A stretch of DNA of 64,000 nucleotides from Candidatus Marinacidobacterales bacterium (GCA_965226495.1 OZ245365.1:3104001-3168000), one strand, 5' to 3'. Numbered from the stretch's first letter, positions 30,501 to 36,648 are shown. Notes: generated from the letters alone by a model not told the origin. Made by a program: numbers and translations.

Positions 30501-33478
30501 TCGACTTCGACCAGGAGCGTGTCGCCCGCCGTGATCGAGTCCTGAGAAAGCGTCAGCGAGGAGGCGATGAGCTCAACCTCGATGGTGTCCTCCAGGTCGA
30601 CGAGCGTCACCGAGGCGACGTTGTTCGATTCATCTCGTTCCGCGACGGCCTCTTCGCCATCGACGAGCACGAAGAAAGTCTTTGTCCCCGAGCCGGTGAT
30701 GGAAAACCCGAAAGAGACTCCCGTTTCGGTATCACCCGAGAAACTCACTCGCGACTCATCGAGCTTCAACCCTCCGGAGGTGGGATTCCCCTGGAAGAGC
30801 TCGACCAGGACGTTGTCCACGGGCGTCGAGCCGGTGTTTCTTATGCGCGCGGAAAGCGTCACGTCCTGCGGCAGCCCTTCGAGTCTCGGAGGCACCAATG
30901 TCAGGTCGGCGGCGGTGAGCTCGAAGTCAGGTTCCACCGGCGGGGCGACGCGGACTTCGACCCGGCGCGACAAGCGGTTGTCCGTTTCGACCCGCTCCCG
31001 CACGTCGTCGAGTGCATCCACCACCACGAAGAGATCATGAACCCCTAAGGCTCCAGTCGTATCCCAACGTCCCTCGACGTCGGCCAAGCCACCCGGCGCG
31101 ATGTCCTCGGTCACCACGACCTCGTCGAGCACCAGACCGAGCTCGGGAGCTCCGTCATGGAACTTCACGATGAAGGCAGACGTCGCGACCTCGCTCCCCG
31201 CATTGGCGACGCGGGCGGTCAGCGTGACCTCGCTACCCTCAATGGGTCGATCGGGAGAAACGAGAAGCGATTCGGCCACCAGGTTGGGAAGGGGTGGAAG
31301 GACATCGACCACGCGACTCGCGACGTTGTCCGTTTTGGAGACCTCGACCAAGGCGCTGGCCAGATCCGCCACGGCGAATAGAGTATGCAGGCCATCGAGG
31401 CCGGAAGTGTCCCACGAGAACTGGGCCGTCGTAGACGCGCCTGCCAGAAGTCCTGAGACGTCGACCGGGTCGCCAATCGCTTGTCCGCCTGCTTCGGGAT
31501 CGCCGTCGAAGAGATGGATCGAGAAGGATCCGGCGGCGACACGAGAGCGGTTCCGGACAGTGACCTGCACCGTCACCAGCTCACCCACCTCGGGCGGATC
31601 CGGAGTCAGCGTGATATCGGATCCATCCACCGCAAGATTGGGGACACTTGCAGGGACAAGGGCCGCTAGGACCGACGCGGTTTGAAAGCTGCTTCCAGTC
31701 CAGCTTCCGTTGCTTTCTTGTGTCTGGCGCAAGTAGTCGAGCGCCAGATCGATGACCGGGATCGGGCCACCGCCATCTAACAGCGTCTCGACGGCTCGGG
31801 CAGTGGCGTACGGTGTCGAAGGTCCATCACCGAAACCGCCGTCGGGCTGCTGACGGCCGACCAGCCAAGAAAGCGTGAGCTGCACCGCGGCGATGATATC
31901 GAGATCGACGAACTCTCCCTTCACCGACTGGAGAGCCTCGATGACCTGGCAGGTCGTCACGAGATCGCCGTCTTGTCCCGCGATCGCACTCCAACTCCCC
32001 TCCGGCCGTTGTGACGATAGAAGAAACTCGGCGGCGATCAGTCGCTCGGGGGCTGGAGCGGCCGCGTTCGTCAATCTGGTCAGGGCGAGAAGCGCGAGAG
32101 CGGTGTCCAAGGGCTCACTCCGGTACGCGTTGGCGATTCCCCATCCGCCGTCCAGATTTTGTTGACTGAGGAGAAGCACTGGGTCATGAGCCACCCCGGC
32201 TAGAATCGTGCGGGACAAGAAATCCACGGTTATCGGTTGCCGCCCCGTGAGCCAACCTAGGCCGGCGGCGGACTCCTCGCCCCGCACACCTAAGAGGTCG
32301 AGCGCCCTGAGCACGACTGAAGTGTCTCGAATGTCGGTCAGCGGGTGATCCTCCCACCGACCGTCGGTCTCCTGTTCACCAAGAAGCCAATCGAGTGCGA
32401 GAAGCGTGTCGGGAGTGATCGAGGGCTCGGGCGGCGTTACATTGAGCAGGTCGGTGTCGACATAGCCCCGCCCTAAGGTCAGGCTGAAGAACGTCGTTAC
32501 GAAGGCGGAGCGGATGGCTTCGACTTGAGCGAGGTCTTCGGCGGACGGAATAATGTCCTCCTGAGTCAGAAAAACGAAGGCCAGGTTGAAGTTTTTCGGT
32601 GCTTGGGCGACATCGGGTGAACGCGCTCCTTCCGCCTCGATGACCTGCCCGATCTGAATCGTCTCGGTGCTCGCCTCGATACGGGCCCCGAGGTCGGGAA
32701 ACTGGGTCGGGTCGACTTCTGAATTGATAAGAAGCGTAAAGGGCGGCACCTCCTCGGGGTGAGCGAGACCCATCAAGTAGAGGTCGAGCGAGCTGTAGCG
32801 GGTTTGGACCTCGACCGAGGTGAACGTCCCGTCGCCGTTGTCCTGCCAGCGATTCCCATAAAGGAACGAGGCGTCACTATCCAGCAAGAAGCTCCAATGG
32901 TTGCCGTCGCGCCCCAGAAGGTCGGTTCGGACGGTCCCTGAGACGTCCTTGAAGCGCGGTCGGGCAAGCCAGCGATGTCCGATCTCATGAGCGACGATCC
33001 CTAGCGTCGAGCGGAATCGCGGGTCGGCGGGAGCGACGCTGAACGGCCCCTGCCGGTAGTGACTGATGGATCCCATATCGACGACGCCCTGCAGGCGGGA
33101 GGGGCTTCCAAACAGATCACCGGCATCGAAAATGGGAACGCCGATACCTTGGACGTCATTCCGGACTCCGGTATAGATGGCGTCGGCATCGCCTCGAGGA
33201 AAGTCGAAATTCGTAACAATAATAATGAAGTCGTAAAAATCACCGTGGGTGCGGATGAATTCGGAGGCGACGCGGGCGCGTGGACCAGGATTTGGCGTTC
33301 CGTCGTTGTTGATGGCGTCGTAAGGCGTGCCGTCGTGCTCGATGACGGCCAAGTGCCCTTCATCGCTATCGAAGCGGGGTCCGTCGGCAGCGAAGCAGAC
33401 GCCTGCCGTCGGCCCGAGTAGTTGGCCGAGCACCAGGCCGAGACAGCTGAACCTGCCGGATACAGACAATCGGTTCAC
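15521..33478 (-). CDS. 5985-aa secreted multidomain protein: HExxH metallopeptidase-like domain, QW/prenyltransferase-type repeats, CARDB, FlgD-Ig, TolB/PD40-like propellers, Ig/FN3 repeats, lectin-like C-terminus
   Basis: N-terminal signal; VAHEIGHRW; QETDGRW/QNLDGGWG/QRPEGSW/QQPDGGFG/QESNGSW; CARDB-type VD..V.E.DETNN; FSPNGDGVQD..WDG; WSPDG; seven ~100-aa repeats with Y.W.ARA.DG-like motifs. Confidence 0.9.
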   Translation of the reverse strand: MNRLSVSGRFSCLGLVLGQLLGPTAGVCFAADGPRFDSDEGHLAVIEHDGTPYDAINNDGTPNPGPRARVASEFIRTHGDFYDFIIIVTNFDFPRGDADAIYTGVRNDVQGIGVPIFDAGDLFGSPSRLQGVVDMGSISHYRQGPFSVAPADPRFRSTLGIVAHEIGHRWLARPRFKDVSGTVRTDLLGRDGNHWSFLLDSDASFLYGNRWQDNGDGTFTSVEVQTRYSSLDLYLMGLAHPEEVPPFTLLINSEVDPTQFPDLGARIEASTETIQIGQVIEAEGARSPDVAQAPKNFNLAFVFLTQEDIIPSAEDLAQVEAIRSAFVTTFFSLTLGRGYVDTDLLNVTPPEPSITPDTLLALDWLLGEQETDGRWEDHPLTDIRDTSVVLRALDLLGVRGEESAAGLGWLTGRQPITVDFLSRTILAGVAHDPVLLLSQQNLDGGWGIANAYRSEPLDTALALLALTRLTNAAAPAPERLIAAEFLLSSQRPEGSWSAIAGQDGDLVTTCQVIEALQSVKGEFVDLDIIAAVQLTLSWLVGRQQPDGGFGDGPSTPYATARAVETLLDGGGPIPVIDLALDYLRQTQESNGSWTGSSFQTASVLAALVPASVPNLAVDGSDITLTPDPPEVGELVTVQVTVRNRSRVAAGSFSIHLFDGDPEAGGQAIGDPVDVSGLLAGASTTAQFSWDTSGLDGLHTLFAVADLASALVEVSKTDNVASRVVDVLPPLPNLVAESLLVSPDRPIEGSEVTLTARVANAGSEVATSAFIVKFHDGAPELGLVLDEVVVTEDIAPGGLADVEGRWDTTGALGVHDLFVVVDALDDVRERVETDNRLSRRVEVRVAPPVEPDFELTAADLTLVPPRLEGLPQDVTLSARIRNTGSTPVDNVLVELFQGNPTSGGLKLDESRVSFSGDTETGVSFGFSITGSGTKTFFVLVDGEEAVAERDESNNVASVTLVDLEDTIEVELIASSLTLSQDSITAGDTLLVEVDAANRGTRSLAAVTVALFFEDENPEDLVLASNVSLSLAAGETRRAQLSWAANRVGTIPLLVRADPFDVLAELDETNNEALATVDVVTSDQPNLTVQSTDIAIAPDPLLEGQPASLTATIRNVGTVNASAFTFGFFAGDPEDGGLPIGQVEVPILAADEEVAVDFDWDDVTIRGQQLLFAVADVGGVIGEFDEGDNAAFKSIKVIGLPDLFSSSAQIRLDPPFARSGEVIAVEASLTNVGEQDADAFTVEIRLDDAQAGPVLGSQSVSGLAPGESFSFSVDWDTAGVEGEHELLLVLDVADLVREQSEGNNVIRFPLALQDADVFVTPIYFSPNGDGVQDEAAFFFDVIDVVDVGGQGPFSVEVVDSQSAVVQGLGDDASASDSVIWDGRDAEGRIARDGIYFFVLSSAGGEILRRRVVLDTNRSSIVEALGTPFASFVNLTCPLPGSNRLSEPAWLPDDSAAYFIVAAEDSQVPEFPLGLYRVSADGTEIEAVKTGSEFRFASFEGRRADGFVQPVSPAGRRALISVGSTAQVVDLSTGELTPLGTGSANARWSPDGQRILRAGFDGLSLYTPEGEFVVQLTDEEAVFFAEWSPDGRRIVYNIEGETFVRIMDADGSNNRELPETDRVLLTGTFGVDVELDFLSFSGDSQRIYVDWDADEAGTGDVFFEFNLVTGELRRNPDIGDRRDSEYNWTFDGRSFVRRLDGREARPILASGSNLRWSPRSTQITFEAFEGTSPAECNERDIWSISSLLNGAASLRLARLPSGFGVRVRGSAADLNLANYTLEFAPLSAPDAFTPIQPPSIFPVADDVLTTWLPPAPGDYLVRLTVRDLAGNETVRLERIFWEETLPIADLTRSPEYISPNGDGIQDETVFNYTVLEPVNLEFLVRNEQGVLVRTILRDEASIGPASFAFDGTDDSGARLPDGMYTVELRGAEFRVVIDATPPDVEAVYTNLYTGKEGLAVDLVGHILDPNLHEWSLQDVGGNVMAASLREVGREEGRDVIIIEALAPQQGLELEASDFAGNVTFVPLSGPDREVRVIQQEAEVVGPLKPGPPDTPRQLVIPPGDHVFWRAEASFDAGSILFRFRRVGDPSFTERATEAGDFSLDANELELGQPYEGHFVADGIQSEDVSFVVGPDAIFVFATLQDPTTLVVSAFSTVEEELVKATLIVRVNGIGGPFKVYEPFPGDVTELVPVDLACGGTASASVVATGASGKEYLSTTTTAYPDAALASDKLEACVDIRALDSLIQQQVSCDSALPVDALIDVRALSFPSTATNVSLVAQSDTLPSQEVARQSLPGLQGAFSIGVSWNLTGLAEGSYTVEPVVNDTFRGSSLEFYLDNSRPEAIFESPPEGGNACVRVIDDEEFIEIEVVGRDREVEFLSVERLVSADPDNWQRVERVEFSAPVSEARQTVLVPIPIAFEGELTLRLVVESPRLQEEVAEKPVRNSPSRLNNGSILGCAVRRVLVSRTESLGPLASDPASPSSVLPPAFSPNADAVLDELRIQTEVFEPVAVDARVVTSETQVLVRQLLTDANVAPGTLELLWDGTDDATEVVADGRYTVIVDALSGCGALTTRTLDVDVDTSPPTVRIDSPADGQPVTTLVEIRGTAADERFVQYVLEFGEGASPAEFFPIGEPSEKPVEDDALGLWEAGVLVGEHTVRLTAADRAGNVASTEVTVDVQTPDLIERFSVAPVLFSPDADGVKDTAEFRFTLKADSRVTLEIRKTDSTVLTTLIVDELRPTGDHVFEWDGQTPGGLAEDGDYVAVLIAVDAQFPTLTEEATLPVVVDVTDPVVTLTSSSPGAFVSVPHNLTGTILEEHFEGYRVELGPEPGELAVIEDAVLPPAIVLARFDEASDGLHRLRIKASDRAGNTTEVSFTFTVDSTSPQVSINAPEAGAFLKKEDSISVSSTVAETNLDTFLLEFGLGAPPEVFVPLAGGSELEQRDFLTDWEVSEFPDGLYTLRLSAIDLAGNRSETSRVVTLDGTPPVLAIDVPAEGTFVSEIQPVLGTATDDHLEIWTLAVAPGGEAQAFQFTELSRATIPVESAQLHEGFTLQDGTYTLRLLASDIAGNKSTLLRTIEVDTDPPAAPINLTATVENQDDVRLDWQAPPDPDIEGYLVFRKEELLTAEPISATELRDLDLPDGFFVYTVRAVDRAGLQSDPSNPAEAVIDITPPHVVLQQPENESSVRGLVDIVGTAFSADDFEEYRLTVTPAETPLDATLLASSSVPVNFATLLQWNTILLDGSFTVRLEAEDEVGNLASDEVLVTIDNQTPGTPTLLSVEALAPPDDVEVVWEALAEPVAGYLVFRNGSIANAPGSVAGDLGAFLIDGTSYVDPDMPDGEFCYRVAAMDEAGNLGPDSNEVCIVLDNRPPSALIFDPQDGARFDQPRQVRAITEDEDVATVLFQYQLQINDDPPTDQWMNIETDSEAPFEVLWDITSLDFGSYFLRAVATDFGSRSDDAPATIRVTLGDATPPAAPENLVTRVTGDDVALTWDPVSDPNLEAYQLYRDDTLVAAIDASLTTADDLDLGDGLYGYEVTALDADGNESDRSDSETARVYAPLPILPFPIFIDTVDVAGENAEPDSLVRLNSVGSPDVIAETTADGEGAFSFGGLSLPLGENLVEVRATDPEGNESRASESFQLIHHRPPDPPAALSGEAQETTATLNWTPNIETDISGYLIDRDGEPVTPTGSIRPDGDIPTTLTATADSNASIAGRIIDGSPFSLWLSSFQNPFVSAAVEIGLVPERHLNKIAVNWTQSPRDYRILAEISGQMLVVADARANTQLESTHSFPLAFKTPRIRIEITALQSEAGRAVIGEVELTGLEPISDTAFTDTLPRPGTYNYTVSALDIFGGASIPSGPIELVVAGTAPPSVPQNLMVIPVPEGEALDLTWDASTGPVAGYVVLRALTSGGPYQEIARVPETAFHDEGLQNGTEYFYVVRSFNDFGNESLDPDEASGIPQDVAPPAPPLLLHPATPERPATVFSGLADIVGAAEPGSLVTVKHDGEDVGSVVAELETTEQRTIAMDAINGFTLSPTEPFLAIDLFDKLELHHLGSGEVQTLPGGNGLSAPAFSPDGESLALTQFNTESSQTELRVIDLATGAVEVVDAGGDAFGPIWISGTEIAVRVGNEIRVVDRTTGTLSTLYTSPAQFVLPSVFRLSPDASLLAFAESVRTLRYVPVTGGDAVTISTALDFVIDYAWTSDNNVVYFDDESLFLFNTTSETGAPFFDLGRTPRPALALSPEGRVSFLTSEGDDYSLFLRDVDGAIHDVGLVESRGFLSTSRWTNDLRLVVSWSATPDVLFIHTPPGRFELLGVSLNVGENAFTGTARDAFGNLSDESAPALVTFDRSRLPDLTPEGDILVVPGVPTTGQSASLSVNVRNDGATEVESALVQATGRDLAENVYLIGNATTPAIEPGESVAVHIGWDTTDRLGSQEVTIAVDPLQAIEELDEQNNAVATEVTVVGTAGVELTIATGLPSYGVGQDVQVTVQAINGGPDQNVMLETLIEDAGGQPVAGVDVRSTFLSYADTESYSVFWNTGTTLAGDYRARVNALEGDRLLATVATDFSLIRSFFLETGVTTGRPSYREGEAVDLLGTVTNTVSNVAFENVTARFRVLDGASAVLFEESQTLPQLAREVPVSLSTMWTDSTLAPGVYTIGLDVFEGAELLGAATSTVEIVAVDGALLTGSLELDESAVPLGAESLARWAVDNSSPVDLLGGVIRFELLDPATGDRTLADELTADIAAGDELSGEIALSTVGLPLGAHEVLLSAGLPGSLEPLASDSLTLFAIPSPPSLNAPGEGESAPQPLELSVNNASNPNGEALTYTFEIYLDPALQVRVAAASGIPEGTNTTMWPVPITLAENQTYHWRARAEDRFTMSDFMSPASFFIDSLNEAPGAPGLSAPAEGSEVSELQPNLEITNAVDPEDDILTYTFEIYTDVDLTELVTSIDSVTSGGSGTGTTFVQVPQPLDEDQTYFWRSRANDGELDGEWMTRASFRINTGNQAPTAPTPLSPIGTSPTVSPDLVIGPSNDPEGDPLTYTFEIDTTDRFDSPAVRRAEGVFPSGPSGPSGPDVDPDLDKVRWPVPEALAENVVYFWRARATDGLAVGDWSDIVSFRVDEANQGPSSPTPQSPTDGVIVETVTPPLAAMNSTDPEDDTLTYDFEVYSDEALTERVAVVDRIREGEDQTRWAVSPQLENGRSYFWRCRANDDETASDWSLAEPFRVNTMNETPTAPSIDSPPDGGRVADPQPILTVVNATDPNGDPLTYRFELYRDELLADLVVASPEIVEEPDKTSWQIPVPLDENVVYYWRARANDGVFDGPFTPTASFRVSAINENPASPTSVSPADGAEVNIAAPVLEVENAGDPDGDVLRYIFQIFSDVDRNSLVIESPEIDEGDPRTTWQVTEDLNENGVFYWHAIATDGLLQSDPSDLFRFRINAVRDEPTAPRPIAPANESEVASTAVRLEVENATSPDLLALHYHFQIATDPAFQDLIAQDENVENVTEGDDTTGWDVPVELTPDVTYYWRARAIDELGLPGPWSDTFQFTVVLIGGVCPPEWREDFEGFLLGSTPADWWLRIDKDKDDDSSSDDSSSDDSSSDDDSSDADSSDDDSSDNGHRREGVLFAVDRGAESQVLQSRRPGEGALLFVGSGEALTWQNYAFGGDLTLAHLGNLGGTDKKKKSCFGAGVAFYADPEAQTEYRFEITGCNNPRARLVKFKKGKASTLTSTSVERPDMPDMPDMDGQFFEFEIETVHQSGETSIRAHLRLVDAERTVLNEWWLDAVDSHHPFVGGTIGAFVDHSRAAWDNFHVGELSGHDSGISGDENGDGVCDVEETCPDVSQFCLDDGFHKKTGLSKWIVARHGHVGHSGPGACGAKHSYWVKKNDGVLVVQTPFLEAGMYEFQLLLQRGTNGSNQPNLRVVFENGQEFDFADPVNGQGPFEWTVPVRVVLDAGVRSFGIVSIGNPKVHVEGFRLQQVCE
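16661..16705. repeat. In-frame 15-bp tandem repeat x3 encoding a Ser/Asp tract
   Basis: gtc(a/g)tcggaactgct x3, inside DDDSSSDDSSSDDSSSDDDSSDADSSDDDSS. Confidence 0.85.
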
Positions 33479-33494
33479 CCAATTCTGGGTGCGT

Positions 33495-33905
33495 CTAGTC
33501 GAATGATTCTGGAGGCGGAGTCTGGGGCTGGGGTGAATCAGAGACTCTAGAGTACTCTCTCACTTTTACTTCGCCTGAGGCTTTGAATCGGACCACAATC
33601 AAGCTTTCGTAGTCCTCTCCGGTCCCCCCGCGCGTAAGTACCAACGTGGAACGCGTTATCTTTTCTACGACCGCGTCTTCTTCCTCCACGCGATCCCCCT
33701 TGGACCACACCCGCGACTTGCCTTCCGGATCGAGGATGGTGATCTCAGCCGGTAACTCCCGAACGCCCAGAACACGGATACGCTCGAGAAATCGGGTGTC
33801 CTTTTTCTCTTCGCTTGCAGGGCTTGCAGGGCTTGGAGGAACGGTCGGGACGGACGCGCTTAGCAGCAGGGAGAGTAAAACCCCCAGGCTAGGAAGGAAT
33901 TGCAA
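33495..33905 (-). CDS. Small exported or membrane-anchored protein resembling the PilP / GspC-HR domain
   Basis: Hydrophobic N-terminus and Pro-rich linker, then IRVLGV..ITILDPEGKSRVWSKGDRV..AVVEKITRSTLVL. It is the first gene of the operon, 16 nt before the giant gene. Confidence 0.55.
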   Translation of the reverse strand: MQFLPSLGVLLSLLLSASVPTVPPSPASPASEEKKDTRFLERIRVLGVRELPAEITILDPEGKSRVWSKGDRVEEEDAVVEKITRSTLVLTRGGTGEDYESLIVVRFKASGEVKVREYSRVSDSPQPQTPPPESFD

Positions 33906-34011
33906 GAGAGCCCCCCAGTCCAGTTTCCCGGAGCATCATTAATACGCACCTAACTGTCCTTGAGTTTCTCGAGGTTGGGGGCTCGCTCAAGGACACCCAA
34001 AATAGACCGAC

Positions 34012-34041
34012 AAAATACCAGGGTTCGTACTTTATCGTCAA
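34012..34041 (-). promoter_or_regulatory. Possible sigma70-type promoter for the giant operon
   Basis: Minus strand TTGACG-N18-TATTTT with a TGn extension. Confidence 0.3.
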
Positions 34042-34260
34042 CTGTGGTCGGGTCGTGCCCGGTCTCGACGCCAGAAAGTGAACTAGGCCGCCCCCTCGCG
34101 ATGCTGACCGCGATAAAGGTCCCGGATCCTGTTGCCAAGCCCCTTTCGAGCCGACGACGTTGCGCTCGAGCATCTAAGACAGTAGGCTCCTACCAGCCGC
34201 ACTAGTTCAGAAATGAGTCTCCGCAGACACCGGCTGCCGCACAAACAATAGGAGGACGTC

Positions 34261-35451
34261 ATGCCGCTTACGCGTCGTGCCTTCATGAGCACGCTGGGGT
34301 TTAAGGAACATGGAGCGCTTTCGCTCCCCTTGATCACCGCTCGCGGTCGCGAGGCGCTGGCCGCCACGGAGCCCCGCTCGCCCGCTATTCCCCCGCCTCC
34401 CGATTTGGATGAGATTCGTATCAGCAGCAACGAGAACCCCTTGGGACCGGGGCCGTCGGCCCTCCGTTCTCTTCGTGGTGCGCTCGATCAGACCAGGCTT
34501 TATCCGAGGAATGCGCGGATATCCGACTCGGCCCTGAGGGAGCGCTTGGCCAGGAAATTCGGCATCAAGCCGGAGAACATCGTGCTTGCCGCGGGCTCGA
34601 GCGAGATTTTGCGAAACGCGGTCCGTGCTTTTACCGGGCCTAACGAGCCTCTGGTCACTGGGAGCTGCTCCTTCGAGAACCCGGTAAAGGCCGCGGAACG
34701 GTTTGGGCGTCCGGTGAAGGCTATTCCGCTCACTCCGGATCTTGCGCTGGATCTGGACAAGATGGCGGGAGCCGCCATCGGTGCAGGGCTGGTATTTCTC
34801 TGCAACCCGAACAATCCCACCGCTACCGTGCATTCGGCCAGCGCGGTGACGGACTTCGTGAAGTTTGTAACCAGGGAATCGCCTTACACGCATATTCTGA
34901 TCGACGAGGCGTATCACGATTATGTGACCGACCCATCCTACGAGACGTCCACCGAGCTGGCGACGAGGTACCGCAACGTGTTCGTGAGCCGCACGTTCTC
35001 GAAAGCGTACGGGATGGCGGGATTGCGGCTAGGTTACGCCGTTGGTGGCAAGGGAACGATCGACCAACTGCGAGCGCTCAAATTGACCGTGGACACCAAC
35101 ATTCTCGGCATGGCCGCCGCCATGGGAGGTCTCGACGACGACGCGCACATCGAAGAAGAAGTGGCCCGCAACACCGCGGCCCGCAAGTACACGCTCGATT
35201 TCTTCCGGCGTGCCGGATACCAGGCCACCGACAGCCAGACGAACTTCATCTTCGTGAACTTGGGGCGTCCGGCCAAAGAATTTCGAGAAGCGTGCGAGAA
35301 GTACAAGGTCAACGTGGGAAGGGACTTCCCTCCCTTCGAAAAAACTCACGCACGGATCTCCATCGGGACCATGGAGGAGATGCGTCGGGCCACCGAAGTC
35401 TTCCAGCAGGTTCTCGGTGCGTCCGCCACCGACTCTGCGGGACGAAGGTAA
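34261..35451 (+). CDS. HisC-like class I/II PLP aminotransferase with twin-arginine motif
   Basis: MPLTRRAF; SSNENPLG; CNPNNPT; IDEAY; SRTFSKAYGMAGLR (PLP lysine). Confidence 0.9.
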   Translation: MPLTRRAFMSTLGFKEHGALSLPLITARGREALAATEPRSPAIPPPPDLDEIRISSNENPLGPGPSALRSLRGALDQTRLYPRNARISDSALRERLARKFGIKPENIVLAAGSSEILRNAVRAFTGPNEPLVTGSCSFENPVKAAERFGRPVKAIPLTPDLALDLDKMAGAAIGAGLVFLCNPNNPTATVHSASAVTDFVKFVTRESPYTHILIDEAYHDYVTDPSYETSTELATRYRNVFVSRTFSKAYGMAGLRLGYAVGGKGTIDQLRALKLTVDTNILGMAAAMGGLDDDAHIEEEVARNTAARKYTLDFFRRAGYQATDSQTNFIFVNLGRPAKEFREACEKYKVNVGRDFPPFEKTHARISIGTMEEMRRATEVFQQVLGASATDSAGRR

Positions 35452-35469
35452 AGGGGTAAGGAGGTCGAC

Positions 35470-36648
35470 ATGCCGCTTACGAGACGGAGTTTGTTGAAAA
35501 ACCTGGGAGCGGGTGCTGCGGGAATGTACGCGAGCTCGCTCGTCAGCACACGTTGGCAGGAATCCATTGCCTTCGCCGCGGAGACCTCCCTGCCACTAGA
35601 GGCCGTCATCAACTTGCACAACAACGAGAATCCCCTGGGACCCGGCGAGGCCGTACTGGACGCGATCGAAGTTGGCCTCGGTCCCGATGGCGCCCAGGCG
35701 GGTCGCTACCCGTTGGCCTATTGGGACGCACTCCCCGAGGCGATCGCTGCGAAATTCGGGGTCAAGCCGGAGAACGTCCTGATCGGGGCCGGGTCGACGC
35801 AGATCCTGGTGGACGCCACTCACGTCTACACTTCGAAGGACAAGGCCCTGGTGGGATCTCTCCCCACCTATGAAGAGTGCTTCGGCTACGCACGCTTCAT
35901 GGGTCACCGCTCTAAGGCCGTCCCCCTGAACGCCGAGTTCCGCATGGATCTGGATCAAACGCTCCACGCCTGCAAGGGAGGGGGGCTTCTCTTCTACTGC
36001 AACCCCAACAACCCCGCGGCATCGCTCGTCGCTCCTAGCGAGACGAAGGAGTTCATTCCCCGCGTCTTAAAGGCGGCGCCCGATCTCCACATCCTCGCGG
36101 ATGAAGCGTATTTCGACTACGTGACGACACCTGGACACGAAACGCTCATCCCGATGGCGGTCCAAGAGCCTCGACTCATCGTGTCCCGTACCTTTTCCAA
36201 GGCGTACGGGATGGCCGGTCTCCGGGTCGGCTACGCCATCGCTCACGAGAAGACCATCGAAGAGCTCGAAAAATTCCACATGACGCTCGGCGTTAGCGGC
36301 TTGAGCTACGCCGCCGCCATCGGAGCGCTGGAGCGCGACCAAAAGGATCCTTCTTTCATTACTAATGAGCGTGCTCGGAATCAGAAAGCGCGAGACTACA
36401 CGCGCAACTGGTTCCACGAACGGGGGTACAAGGATACCGACTCGCAGGCCAACTTCATCTTCGTCGATGTCCAGATGCCGGTGGAGAATTTCCAGGCTAA
36501 ATGCCGCGAGCACGGCGTGCGGGTGGGACGTCCTTTCCCACCGCTGTGGACGCACTGCCGCATCTCGTTAGGAACCATGGAGCAGATGCAAAGAGCCACC
36601 AAGGTGTTCGAGAAGGTACTGGGCGCGAGGGCTAAGGCGGCCGCATAG
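35470..36648 (+). CDS. HisC-like class I/II PLP aminotransferase with Tat signal (tandem paralog)
   Basis: MPLTRRSLLK..AFA; NNENPLG; CNPNNP; DEAY; SRTFSKAYGMAGLR. Confidence 0.9.
   Translation: MPLTRRSLLKNLGAGAAGMYASSLVSTRWQESIAFAAETSLPLEAVINLHNNENPLGPGEAVLDAIEVGLGPDGAQAGRYPLAYWDALPEAIAAKFGVKPENVLIGAGSTQILVDATHVYTSKDKALVGSLPTYEECFGYARFMGHRSKAVPLNAEFRMDLDQTLHACKGGGLLFYCNPNNPAASLVAPSETKEFIPRVLKAAPDLHILADEAYFDYVTTPGHETLIPMAVQEPRLIVSRTFSKAYGMAGLRVGYAIAHEKTIEELEKFHMTLGVSGLSYAAAIGALERDQKDPSFITNERARNQKARDYTRNWFHERGYKDTDSQANFIFVDVQMPVENFQAKCREHGVRVGRPFPPLWTHCRISLGTMEQMQRATKVFEKVLGARAKAAA

Noticed and set aside
31690-32410. Squalene-hopene cyclase or thioester protein
   Set aside because: QW-like repeats are present, but there is no DxDD or CxEQ motif.
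5099-33421. Many plus-strand and off-frame ORFs up to 440 aa inside the giant genes
   Set aside because: They are shadow ORFs from GC-rich codon bias and carry no motifs.
34261-36648. Gene symbol hisC
   Set aside because: Tat signals, tandem duplication and the lack of other his genes argue against the housekeeping role.
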